Source: a virus
Length of the DNA stretch: 64,000 nucleotides
Virus record (IMG/VR): IMGVR_UViG_3300030117_007673
Span: 1-64,000 of that record
Direction: 5' to 3' (one strand)
The notes under the pieces are model-generated. The model saw only the letters and a program-made list of their open reading frames with translations, ran no database searches and was not told where the DNA came from. Below are positions 1-9,432 of this stretch, one piece after another (the stretch's first letter is position 1; every line of letters begins with the position of its first letter). The position numbers and the translations under genes were made by a program.

Positions 1-354
1 GATAATTTAATTTTACATAATTCGAATTATATTTCTCCAATTGATGCTTCGCAACTTTCAAAATTATTGCCACAAAATGATGTATATATCACTGCTTCGA
101 TTGAAGAGGCTGGCGCAAATCATGTTCTCGAAGCAATTGCTTCTGGCCTTCCGGTGGTTTACCATAAAGGCGGAGGAAGTATTATAGACTATTGTGAAGA
201 TTATGGGGAAGAATATTCAACTTTTGAACAAATGATTAGTTCAATTGAAAAAGTAGCAGATAATTACAGTTTTTATAAAGATAAAGTTTTGTGCTATAAT
301 GATCATATTGATAATGTTATTAATAAATACGTGGAAGTTATAAATGAATTATAA
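1..354 (+). CDS. GT4-family glycosyltransferase, C-terminal part (5' truncated by the window edge)
   Basis: Frame is open from base 1. DVYITASIEEAGANHVLEAIASGLPVV carries the E-X7-E motif of retaining GT-B (Glycos_transf_1) enzymes. Confidence 0.8.
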   Translation, partial: DNLILHNSNYISPIDASQLSKLLPQNDVYITASIEEAGANHVLEAIASGLPVVYHKGGGSIIDYCEDYGEEYSTFEQMISSIEKVADNYSFYKDKVLCYNDHIDNVINKYVEVINEL

Positions 355-1054
355 AGTTAATATAAGTATAGATGACGTGTCTCCACATCCGAGATCGTCG
401 ATAAAAGTTTTAGAACAATGCTATGATTTGATAGAGGTGTTTCCGGATATCAAATTTAGTTTGTTTGTTCCAGTTGCTTATTGGAGAACACAAAAGCCAA
501 TAACAATCACTAGAAGTCCTTTGATTCTGGATCAGCATCCGGGATTTTGCGAATATATTAAAAACCTGCCAAAGGAAAATTTTGAGATTGGTTATCACGG
601 GTATTACCATGGTATCCCCGGAAAAAATGATAATAACGAATTCTTGCATCTTGATTATGAGCAAGCAAAAAAAAGAATTGCACAAATGTACGAAGTTGTA
701 GAAAAATCAGGCCTAGGTGATACTTTTAAGTCCATGTTCAGGCCACCAGCTTGGAGGATGTGTCCAGCTGCGTTTGACGCTTTTAAAGATATGAATATGG
801 AACTGTTAGCAATTTCCGACATTGATTATGCTCTAGAGACTTATCAAGGAAAGGATAAAGAATATGGTAAAGTTACATACTCAAATGTGTTCCCACCATT
901 CAGAGAGCTTAAAATGCACGAGAAAACAGGCATTGTTTACCATGCTTGTGAGTGGGATAGAAATTATCTAAGTAAGCAATATGTAAGCGAGCTAGTTGAT
1001 TTCTTGACGCCGCTGAAAGATGAAGTAGAGTTTTGTTTTATGGATAAGTTTTAG
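344..1054 (+). CDS. Polysaccharide deacetylase-like protein (CE4/DUF2334 type)
   Basis: SIDDVSP, EIGYHGYYH and FRPPAW match NodB/CE4 motifs 1-3. Confidence 0.75.
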   Translation: MNYKVNISIDDVSPHPRSSIKVLEQCYDLIEVFPDIKFSLFVPVAYWRTQKPITITRSPLILDQHPGFCEYIKNLPKENFEIGYHGYYHGIPGKNDNNEFLHLDYEQAKKRIAQMYEVVEKSGLGDTFKSMFRPPAWRMCPAAFDAFKDMNMELLAISDIDYALETYQGKDKEYGKVTYSNVFPPFRELKMHEKTGIVYHACEWDRNYLSKQYVSELVDFLTPLKDEVEFCFMDKF

Positions 1055-1656
1055 TGGGAAGATCAGATCCATTTATTTCCAACTTTTATAAAACCAATAT
1101 CGCGCCAATTGGTGATGTGGCACTTTTAGGTTTTACAAATAACAATTTCTTCCACGGAGATTTGTACGATCTACAATTGAATAATTGGGATATTAATTCC
1201 GAATGGAAGTTGGATAAAAAATACGACACTATAATTTGCACACGATGTGCTTATTTTGCAAAAGATCCAGAAGGTTTGATTAAAAGATGTTATGATAACT
1301 TAAATGACGGTGGAAGATTGTATGTGGATTGGGGGCTGGGAGATCACTGGAGGTTTGAAAATTACAAAATCGGATGGATAAAGGATGGGGAACAGGAACA
1401 TGCTTACAAAGAGGATAATTTTTTATGGTCAGCAATTTGGGATGATTCATTTTTTGAAGATTACCAATTCGAATTATTTTCACGTAGAGTTAAAAAATTT
1501 GGCTATGACGATGTGAAAAAAGCTATCTTTGATGAAGTCCCGAAAGTTATGGATCTGAGTTATATTAAAGAATATTTTACAGCCTCCCACACAATGATGT
1601 CCCTGTGGGATGATGGTCCTCAACTTTATATTTTGGTTGGTGGAATTAAAAAATGA
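1054..1656 (+). CDS. Degenerate class I SAM-methyltransferase-like protein (paralog of 48272..49141)
   Basis: KYDTIICTR...LIKRCYDNLNDGGRLYV resembles class I MTase motifs II-III. The motif I GxG is not canonical. GTG start. Confidence 0.5.
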   Translation: MGRSDPFISNFYKTNIAPIGDVALLGFTNNNFFHGDLYDLQLNNWDINSEWKLDKKYDTIICTRCAYFAKDPEGLIKRCYDNLNDGGRLYVDWGLGDHWRFENYKIGWIKDGEQEHAYKEDNFLWSAIWDDSFFEDYQFELFSRRVKKFGYDDVKKAIFDEVPKVMDLSYIKEYFTASHTMMSLWDDGPQLYILVGGIKK

Positions 1657-2609
1657 ATTTTATTGTCACAGAGATGACTTTCATGAGATATTTTATGCCA
1701 CTAATATTAGAAGGAAACAAGAGGTCCATCAAGTCCAGAATCTTTATTGCACCAAACGCAAAATATAATAATCCTTATAGATTTCAAGATGTTTTTAAGC
1801 ATATAAATGATAAACACGATGTAGATATTTTACAGTTGGCGCAAGTTAACAATTACCCAGATACCACATTTTTGATTGAGGGATGTGGAGTAGACTATAT
1901 TAATTATGAAAATAAAAAATACTCAATAACCTATATGACTGATTTCACAACAAGTTATGAAAACTATATTGACAAGGTTGATCATGTGATATTCCCGAGC
2001 AAACATATTGCAGAATATTATAACAAAGTGTCAGATAAAAACCTCTATCTTGGTTCTCCAAAGTATGGAGTAGAACTTAGTAAAGAGGAAATAAATAAAA
2101 AATATAATTTGGACGATAGCAAGAAGGCTCTGGTAATATTCCCTCGTACTCGAGACTTAAATAAAGTCGATTTAAATAAAATATATCGCAGCTTGCGAGA
2201 GATGGGATATAAGATTCTAGTAAAGACCCGAGGTAAAGATCTTGTTCAGGAACACTTGAAGGGAGACTATTATTTTATAGATAATTCTTGGTACCCGCAC
2301 ACAACAATGGAATTAATGGAAATATCTGATTTTGTTGTAAATTTTAGCTCGACTTCTATCAAAGAATGTGTTATACTAAGGAAACCTTTAATTAATTTTG
2401 ATATAAAACCTTTTAGACTATTGTTGGATTTTTTATATGATTATTCATATTGTAAGCAAATGAAAACAGATTTTAATTCTAGCGAGCTGCAAGAAGCGGT
2501 GAGAGATTTAATTAATAAAAGTCATGACTCGGAATTCAACGAAGCGTCTGAAAAATATCTTTTTAACAGAAAGGACGTTTGTAAAAACATATTAGATAAT
2601 GTAGGATAA
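1653..2609 (+). CDS. GT-B fold transferase, CDP-glycerol glycerophosphotransferase (TagF)-like
   Basis: LGSPKY, LVIFPRTR, VKTRG and ELMEISDFVVNFSSTSIKECVILRKP follow the TagF-like GxP[RK]...AP[ST]xR...KxHP...SDxLITDxSS pattern. Confidence 0.55.
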   Translation: MNFIVTEMTFMRYFMPLILEGNKRSIKSRIFIAPNAKYNNPYRFQDVFKHINDKHDVDILQLAQVNNYPDTTFLIEGCGVDYINYENKKYSITYMTDFTTSYENYIDKVDHVIFPSKHIAEYYNKVSDKNLYLGSPKYGVELSKEEINKKYNLDDSKKALVIFPRTRDLNKVDLNKIYRSLREMGYKILVKTRGKDLVQEHLKGDYYFIDNSWYPHTTMELMEISDFVVNFSSTSIKECVILRKPLINFDIKPFRLLLDFLYDYSYCKQMKTDFNSSELQEAVRDLINKSHDSEFNEASEKYLFNRKDVCKNILDNVG

Positions 2610-2610
2610 A

Positions 2611-3159
2611 ATGAAGATTGTAGCAATAATACCAGCCAAAGGAAGTTCCAGGAGGCTTTTTGAAAAAAATATACACCCCATTTGGGGAAAGCCAATGTTG
2701 TATTGGGCTATAAAGGCATGTAAAGATTCTAAGTACGACATTGAGCCTTGGGTTAGCACAGAAAGTGAAAAGGTTGCTAACATTGCTTTAAAGTATGGGG
2801 CAAAGATACATAACAGATCACCTGAGTTAGCAGATTCTAAAACTTACAAACAAGTTGTTATCAGGCAAGCCGCAAGAAACATCGCCCCGGCTGACATTTA
2901 TTTATCTTTGCAGCCAAATTCTCCAGAAATAACTGGAAAAGATCTTGACAACGGTATCGATACTTTGTTACAATATGAAAGAGATGAAGTTTTCAGTGTA
3001 GATTCAAATCTTATGCAAAACGCAGCTTTCCGTGTTTTCAAAGGTGATTATGTATTCCAAGAGGATTTGAGTACTAGTTGTGGTGTTGTTGTTTGCGAGC
3101 TGCATGACGTTCATACAATTGAAGATGTTGAATATATAGAAAATAGGGAAAAAAAATGA
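2611..3159 (+). CDS. Acylneuraminate cytidylyltransferase (NeuA/PseF/LegF-like CMP-nonulosonate synthetase)
   Basis: IIPAKGSSRRLFEKN (canonical IPARGGSKR..KN), GKPMLYW, VSTES, LQPNSP and DVHT. Confidence 0.8.
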   Translation: MKIVAIIPAKGSSRRLFEKNIHPIWGKPMLYWAIKACKDSKYDIEPWVSTESEKVANIALKYGAKIHNRSPELADSKTYKQVVIRQAARNIAPADIYLSLQPNSPEITGKDLDNGIDTLLQYERDEVFSVDSNLMQNAAFRVFKGDYVFQEDLSTSCGVVVCELHDVHTIEDVEYIENREKK

Positions 3160-4286
3160 AAAGTATTGTAGATAAAGTTTACGAATCAGTAGCAAATCAT
3201 AATACGAAAGAAATGGCAAAAGCTATTAAGAAAAATTTCGGAGATCAGGAGATAAGCGATATAAAGAAGCAGATATCAGAAGATAAAGAAAAATTTATTG
3301 AATTATATTCTGCTTTTGACGAAAAACAAGAAGACTATTTTTCTAAATTTGATTACGAAGGACAACTCAGAGGAGCTGTAGAAAGGCTTTTTCTGGGGGG
3401 CATAGTGAGAGTAGAGGGTTTCTTGTTTGATGAACAGGTCGAAGAAATTAAAGCTTTTCAAGATAGATTGTGTCAGTTGACTATGCCCTATAGCTGCACT
3501 TCTGGTCGAATACATTTGGGCTTGCCTCCAAATCCCGACTTGTTTTATTCTAATTGGAGAGATTTAATGCAGGTACCTCCTTTGCCTCCAAAGGCGATTT
3601 CGTTTGAAGAATTGTATCCTAATGATGGGCAAGTGAGGTTCCAATCAAAAGGTATAGGGGGTTTACATCCCCCCGGAGCGCACATTATAGCTGAACATTT
3701 ACATTTTCGTAAAATATTTGCACTATACAATAATTTACAAAGTGTCAAAATTTGCAGATCAAATATGGAATATGTTTCGCCAGCTCCAATTAATCATAAT
3801 GGTTGGCACCGTGACGTTGTTCCTCATCAGTTAAAAGCTATGCTGTTACTTGAAGACGTGGACAAATATGCTGCGCCAATGCTTTATGCCAAGGGTTCAC
3901 ATCGGATAAAAAAAGAGTTTGATAAAGAGCATCTTTATGATATGTTTGTTCGCAATCAAAAGACATATAAAAACAGTCGTGAAAATTGGCCAGAATATGC
4001 CACAAAGAAACCCGACAGTCATTGTGGATATTTGGATCCAAACAATGCCCCAAATGACATTCATCCCGATAACAGAGTGAACAATTTACCGGTAACTATT
4101 GGAGGCAGCGAATATGAGATGTTTGTCGCGACAGGAAAAGCAGGAGATATAATATTGTTTGATTCTTGCGGCCTCCACTCTGGAACTCGTGCCTGCATAG
4201 AGACTCGTAGAAATATTACTTTTTCTACTGTAACAAGTTGTTCTCCAAAGAGCAATTTTTTTAATTTACTAAATGGACGTTTATAA
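3156..4286 (+). CDS. Fe(II)/2-oxoglutarate dioxygenase, PhyH (phytanoyl-CoA dioxygenase) family
   Basis: WHRD (HxD), KGSH, and GKAGDIILFDSCGLHSG...RR supplying the distal His and the 2OG-binding Arg. Confidence 0.8.
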   Translation: MKSIVDKVYESVANHNTKEMAKAIKKNFGDQEISDIKKQISEDKEKFIELYSAFDEKQEDYFSKFDYEGQLRGAVERLFLGGIVRVEGFLFDEQVEEIKAFQDRLCQLTMPYSCTSGRIHLGLPPNPDLFYSNWRDLMQVPPLPPKAISFEELYPNDGQVRFQSKGIGGLHPPGAHIIAEHLHFRKIFALYNNLQSVKICRSNMEYVSPAPINHNGWHRDVVPHQLKAMLLLEDVDKYAAPMLYAKGSHRIKKEFDKEHLYDMFVRNQKTYKNSRENWPEYATKKPDSHCGYLDPNNAPNDIHPDNRVNNLPVTIGGSEYEMFVATGKAGDIILFDSCGLHSGTRACIETRRNITFSTVTSCSPKSNFFNLLNGRL

Positions 4287-4295
4287 GGAGGTTTA

Positions 4296-4997
4296 ATGTC
4301 AGTTTATATTATAAGTGAACTTTGTGGTCAATGGGGAGGTTCTGTAGATAAAGCTAAAGCAATGATTAATCAATCAATGCATGGTGGAGCAGATGCTGTG
4401 AAGGTGCAATTGTGGGACACCTATAGGATGCCTGGTGAAAATAGAGAAGCCTGGGAATATTTGACTATGACAAACAAACAGTTTCTTGATCTTAGGCAAT
4501 ATTGCGATACTTTGGGAATTGATTTCTTTGCTTCTCCATTTCACAAAGATCGTTATGAGTGGGTTTTAGAAGCAGGATTAGGAGTAAATAAAATTGCCAG
4601 CTCGATGTTAGAGTGGGACTTAGACCTTTGCCAGGAAATGGTCGATAATAAAGATTTATTAACATACTGTTCATTGGGTAAATGGGATAAGGAAGAGTTC
4701 CCTTTTGACAACGAAAATGTAAAATATATGCACTGTGTTGCTAAGTATCCTCATTCTTTGGAAGAGGCGATCAAACTAATGCCAGATAAATTTGATGATC
4801 CTTTAATAGGCTACAGTGATCATTCAATTGGTATTGAGGCATGCAAAGAGGCTGTTAGAAGAGGTGCCAAAGTCCTAGAGAAGCATTACACATTAAGTCA
4901 TAGTTTACAATGCAAAACTGAAAGTGCCCATGTTTGCTCTATGGTACAAGAGGAATTAATCGAACTGAGAAAATACTGTGATGGATTATCCAAATAA
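4296..4997 (+). CDS. neuB: N-acetylneuraminate (nonulosonic acid) synthase family, short form without a C-terminal SAF/antifreeze domain
   Basis: GADAVKVQ, FFASPF, KIAS, HCVAKYP, GYSDHS and EKHYTL motifs. Strong RBS (aaggagg). Confidence 0.85.
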   Translation: MSVYIISELCGQWGGSVDKAKAMINQSMHGGADAVKVQLWDTYRMPGENREAWEYLTMTNKQFLDLRQYCDTLGIDFFASPFHKDRYEWVLEAGLGVNKIASSMLEWDLDLCQEMVDNKDLLTYCSLGKWDKEEFPFDNENVKYMHCVAKYPHSLEEAIKLMPDKFDDPLIGYSDHSIGIEACKEAVRRGAKVLEKHYTLSHSLQCKTESAHVCSMVQEELIELRKYCDGLSK

Positions 4998-5664
4998 AAT
5001 ATTAGTTTTCGCAGCACATCAGGATGATGAGACAATTGGCTGCGGGGGAACCATTAGAAAATGGTCCTCTAATGGATCAATCGTTGATGTTGTCTTTATG
5101 ACTGACGGAGGTACAGGCGTAGACCAAAGCGGCAGGTTTGATAGTGATATTGTCTCTACAAGGAAAAAAGAGGCAGAACAGGCTGCAGAAATTTTGGGAG
5201 TTTCAAAGATTCATAATTTAAATTTAGAATGCCAGAATATTAAAAATTCAAAAAAAAACTTTCACAAGGTCATTTCACTAATAAGAGAGATTAAGCCTGA
5301 CTTGGTGATAACTCACTATACAAAAGATAAACATAGAGATCACAGGAAGACTGCTAAAATTGTATTAGAGGCCTGTTGGAAATCTAGTGAAAATATACAT
5401 AAAGAACTTGGCAAGCCTCACAAAGTTGGCGATGTGTGGACTTGTGAAATTACAGACCCTTTGCCAAAGGTTGATTTTATTGTTGATATATCTAAGACAT
5501 ATTCAAAGAAGATAGAGGCAATGAAAATTTACAATTCTCAAGAAAATGTTATTGATGGAATATTCAATTTTTTGGATGGGATTTCGAAAGTGCGAGGTTA
5601 TTTGATAAATAAGGAACGCGGCGAGGCTTTCAAAAGAGCTTCTTACATACCGATGGAGATATAA
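4981..5664 (+). CDS. PIG-L/LmbE-family N-deacetylase
   Basis: AAHQDDETIGCGG (AHxDD) and HRDH (HxDH) metal-binding motifs. Confidence 0.85.
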   Translation: MDYPNKILVFAAHQDDETIGCGGTIRKWSSNGSIVDVVFMTDGGTGVDQSGRFDSDIVSTRKKEAEQAAEILGVSKIHNLNLECQNIKNSKKNFHKVISLIREIKPDLVITHYTKDKHRDHRKTAKIVLEACWKSSENIHKELGKPHKVGDVWTCEITDPLPKVDFIVDISKTYSKKIEAMKIYNSQENVIDGIFNFLDGISKVRGYLINKERGEAFKRASYIPMEI

Positions 5665-5665
5665 A

Positions 5666-6361
5666 GTGAAATGTGTTATCATAACCTCTAATAATTTGCG
5701 ACATAAAGCATATGCTAAAATGTTGTGTGAGAATTTTGATGTGAGCATGATCATATTTCAACACAAAGAATATGATTCAGAAAATGCCCTGAAAAAGGAA
5801 ACACAATGGTTTAAAGACTGTGTAAATTGGAACTCTCCAGTGAGTAGTGCGACTTGCCTTATTGGAGATATAAACGGTAAAGCATACGAATCATTAATAA
5901 AATCGGTTAAACCAGATTTTATATTAACTTTTGGCTGCGGTTTATTAAAAGAAAATATATTCAATATAGCAGCAAAAGGAACCATTAATATACACACAGG
6001 AATCGTGCAATCTTACAGAGGGGTTGACAGTTCTCTTTGGGCGATTTATGAAGAGAACCCCGAAGCAATTGGAGCTACTTTACATTATGTTGACAATTCA
6101 ATTGATGCGGGAGATATCATTGCTCAAAAGAAAGCAGAATTAAAAGTTGACTATGATCTATATGATGTTTTTCTAAGTTCATGCGTTGCTGGATTTGAGC
6201 TTCTGAAGGAGAACCTGCCTTTGTTGGAAAGCGGTGAAATTTCGACGTATAAATTAGAAAACAAAGGAAAACTGTTCCAAAAGAAGGACAAAAATGAAGA
6301 AATCGTTAGAGTTGCAGAAGGCAAGTTGAGAAAAGTGTTGGGAGAATATTTAAATGATTGA
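5666..6361 (+). CDS. N-formyltransferase (Formyl_trans_N domain only)
   Basis: INIHTGIVQSYRG (NxH...YRG) and GATLHYVDNSIDAGDIIAQ. Confidence 0.85.
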   Translation: MKCVIITSNNLRHKAYAKMLCENFDVSMIIFQHKEYDSENALKKETQWFKDCVNWNSPVSSATCLIGDINGKAYESLIKSVKPDFILTFGCGLLKENIFNIAAKGTINIHTGIVQSYRGVDSSLWAIYEENPEAIGATLHYVDNSIDAGDIIAQKKAELKVDYDLYDVFLSSCVAGFELLKENLPLLESGEISTYKLENKGKLFQKKDKNEEIVRVAEGKLRKVLGEYLND

Positions 6362-7199
6362 TGTTGTTATGTGCGCATATAATTCTGAGTCTACAATTAG
6401 GGAGGCGGTGGATTCAGTTTTAAATCAAACTTATGGGGATTTTAAATTATGGGTTTTCAACGATAATAGCCAAGATTCGACATTAGAAATTTTGAAGCAA
6501 TATGATGACGAAAGACTCGTTATATTGTCTTCTTCTAAAAATATCGGCACATATGCAGCAAAAAACTTTGCGTTGAAGAATGTAGGCGTCGGGAAATATC
6601 TTGCTTTACATGATGCTGACGATATAAGCCATCCAGAAAGATTTGAAAAACAAATTAGGTTTATGGAAAAAAATGATGTTGCTTGTCTCGGCACAGCTGT
6701 GAAAGAGTTTTGGGAGGGTGATTGGTTTCCGCATACCATCTCTATAGAGATAGTCGAGAACAATGAGAGAGTAAACAAATATGCTAAAAAGATTAAGAGG
6801 GATGAGCTTAAATCGGTTTTAACACACTTGACGAATGACTATGATAAATATATAAAGTTTAAATTTTGTATGAATGGCACGGTAATGTTTAGAAAAAGCA
6901 TTCTTTATAAATTGGGAGGTTGGGATGGTGAAGCTAGGGTGGGAGGCGATACTGATTTATTTATAAGAATTCTGGGAGAAGAGGACATTCACAACTTAAG
7001 CGAATGTCTATATTATAGAAGGTTCCATAAAAATTCTTTAACTGCCAATCCTGAAACAGGAATTAATTCAAGTTTCAGAAAAGAATATAATATCAAAAGA
7101 AAAGATGTTATTGCTGCTAGTTTAAGTGGCACTCCTGTAGTTAGAGATCTTTATTATCCAAATGATTTTTCCTGCAAGGTGATAACATGTGCGGCATAA
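6354..7199 (+). CDS. GT2-family glycosyltransferase
   Basis: VVMCAYN, NDNSQDST, HDADD (DxD) and GGWD. Confidence 0.9.
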   Translation: MIDVVMCAYNSESTIREAVDSVLNQTYGDFKLWVFNDNSQDSTLEILKQYDDERLVILSSSKNIGTYAAKNFALKNVGVGKYLALHDADDISHPERFEKQIRFMEKNDVACLGTAVKEFWEGDWFPHTISIEIVENNERVNKYAKKIKRDELKSVLTHLTNDYDKYIKFKFCMNGTVMFRKSILYKLGGWDGEARVGGDTDLFIRILGEEDIHNLSECLYYRRFHKNSLTANPETGINSSFRKEYNIKRKDVIAASLSGTPVVRDLYYPNDFSCKVITCAA

Positions 7200-8809
7200 T
7201 TGGCTCTACAGCGTATAAGATAGAGGAAAGCAATCTAAATGAGCTAAACCACAGGGGTCCTAACTCAAATGGTATGTTTCATAACAAAGATATATCACTT
7301 GGTCACACCCGATTGTCGATCATTGATGTTGAGAATGGTCAGCAACCAATGGTTGTTGAAAAGGGCAATTTAACATTAGTTTTTAATGGTGAAATTTACA
7401 ACTACAGAGAGCTTAGAGATAGGATAAAGAATACCACATTTAAGACCGATTCGGATACAGAAGTTTTATTAGAGTATTATAGAAATTTTGGCCTTTATAA
7501 AACACTGGAGGACATTAATGGAATGTTTTCTTTTGCAATTTATGATAACGGCAAAACAATTTTAGTTAGAGATAGACTTGGTATTAAACCGCTTTTTTAT
7601 TACTTGAAAGATCAAGACCTGAGTTTTTGTTCTGAGCTTTCTCCGTTGAAAAATTTAATCGGTGTCGATAATCTTACAATCAATCCGCAAGCAGTATCCA
7701 TGTTCTTTAACACTTATTATATTGCTTCTCCAGATACTATTTGGAATGAGATAAAAAGTTTAGAACCGGGACATTATATTAAATTTGAAAAAGGTTCTGT
7801 GAAGGTTGAAAAATATTGGTCCTTAAAACAAGATGAGCGAAAATTCGAAGACTTAGAATATTTGGAATCTTTGATAAGTGATTCTGTTTTTCTTAGAATG
7901 CGCAGCGACGTCCCTTATGGAGCTTATTTATCAGGAGGAACTGATTCTTCTCTAGTTGTTAAGCATATGTCCAATCATGATAGGTGTAAAACTTTTACAG
8001 CTGAAATAAATGACGATGAGTTGAATGAAAGGAAATACGCAGAAAAAGTTGTAGAAAAGTGCGATACAGAACATACCAACTTGCCAATCAACTACGAAGA
8101 TATAAGTCTTGATTTTCTAAGAGGTTTGGTAAAGTATTTTGGTCAGCCATTTGCAGACTCTTCTATAGTTCCAACATATTTAATTTCCAAAGAGATATCA
8201 AAAAATGTAACAGTGGCGCTTGGGGGCGACGGTGCGGACGAAGTATTTTGTGGATATAATAAATACAATAACTTAAAAGACATTCGCAAGAACTTCTTTC
8301 GAAACACAAATAATGATTTTATTAGCGACAAATATAATAAAGACACTTATGAATATATGCTAACTAAGTTGCCTTACATCCCAGAAGATAAGAGCGAGAT
8401 ATTGAGACTTCTGGATATTAGATTTTTTTTGGAGGGGGATATTTTGCAAAAAGTTGATCGTTTGAGCATGGCCAATTCATTGGAAGTTCGTGTGCCGTTC
8501 TTAGATCACAGAATTGTTGAATATTCAAATAGCTTAACATATGATAAATTATTTGGTAAAATACGTAAGTACCCTATAAAAAAGATATTGGAAAAATACT
8601 TTAATAAAGACTTTGTACACAGATCAAAAATTGGTTTTATGTTAAATGTGGGAGAATGGATAGATAATTTTGATGGCTGGGTTTCAAAATCAAATGCTCT
8701 AAAAACAGAAGTTTTTGTTAAAAACTTTAATATCAAAAAGGTAAAAGATAAGTATCTTAAATTTGCTATTTTAATGTTCTGTCTATGGTACGAGGAGAAT
8801 TATGACTAG
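7187..8809 (+). CDS. asnB: Asparagine synthase-like glutamine amidotransferase (probably glycan-amidating)
   Basis: N-terminal MCGI (Ntn Cys), HRGP, RLSIID, NGEIYN, SGGTDSS, GDGADEVFCGY and EVRVPFLD. Confidence 0.9.
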   Translation: MCGIIGSTAYKIEESNLNELNHRGPNSNGMFHNKDISLGHTRLSIIDVENGQQPMVVEKGNLTLVFNGEIYNYRELRDRIKNTTFKTDSDTEVLLEYYRNFGLYKTLEDINGMFSFAIYDNGKTILVRDRLGIKPLFYYLKDQDLSFCSELSPLKNLIGVDNLTINPQAVSMFFNTYYIASPDTIWNEIKSLEPGHYIKFEKGSVKVEKYWSLKQDERKFEDLEYLESLISDSVFLRMRSDVPYGAYLSGGTDSSLVVKHMSNHDRCKTFTAEINDDELNERKYAEKVVEKCDTEHTNLPINYEDISLDFLRGLVKYFGQPFADSSIVPTYLISKEISKNVTVALGGDGADEVFCGYNKYNNLKDIRKNFFRNTNNDFISDKYNKDTYEYMLTKLPYIPEDKSEILRLLDIRFFLEGDILQKVDRLSMANSLEVRVPFLDHRIVEYSNSLTYDKLFGKIRKYPIKKILEKYFNKDFVHRSKIGFMLNVGEWIDNFDGWVSKSNALKTEVFVKNFNIKKVKDKYLKFAILMFCLWYEENYD

Positions 8810-9422
8810 TCCAGAAGTATCTATTATTATCACAAATTACAACTATTCTAAATATCTTGCTAGATGTATAAGAAGTTGCTTAAGCCAACAAAATGTTAAT
8901 TGCGAAGTTATAGTTGTAGATGATTGTAGCACTGATAATTCTTTAGAAGTACTAGAACCTTTTATGGAAGAAATAAAAGTAATTCGTAATAAGAAAAATA
9001 TGGGAGTTGCCGCATCTTCAAATGCAGGGATTAAAAAATCTAGATCTCAATACGTCATCCGCGTTGATGCTGATGATTTTATAAATTCAGAAACCTGCTA
9101 TTTTATGAAATCTTATTTGGAAGCGAATCATGATGCTTTCGGATTGGCTTGTGATTATGTTTTGGTCGATAATCATGAAGATGTTATTGAGAGAAAAAGT
9201 GCTGAAAAAGATAACATATCCTGTGGTATAATGTATAGAAGAGACTTACTACTTGATATGGGTGGTTATAATCCGAAAATGAGACATAGAGAAGAAGAAG
9301 AACTTAGGAAAAGATTGGGAGAATTTTACAATATTCATTATTTGAAAATGCCATTCTATCGCTATAGGATGCACAACGATAACAAGACAAAAGAGCCCGA
9401 ATATAAAACTTGGAAAATATAA
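8802..9422 (+). CDS. GT2-family glycosyltransferase
   Basis: VSIIITNYN, VVDDCSTD, RVDADD and MGGY. Confidence 0.9.
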   Translation: MTSPEVSIIITNYNYSKYLARCIRSCLSQQNVNCEVIVVDDCSTDNSLEVLEPFMEEIKVIRNKKNMGVAASSNAGIKKSRSQYVIRVDADDFINSETCYFMKSYLEANHDAFGLACDYVLVDNHEDVIERKSAEKDNISCGIMYRRDLLLDMGGYNPKMRHREEEELRKRLGEFYNIHYLKMPFYRYRMHNDNKTKEPEYKTWKI

Positions 9423-9432
9423 AGGAGTAAAA

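Noticed and set aside
7187-8809. Asparagine synthetase as a nitrogen-metabolism auxiliary gene
   Set aside because: It overlaps GT2 genes on both sides, so the context favours glycan amidation.
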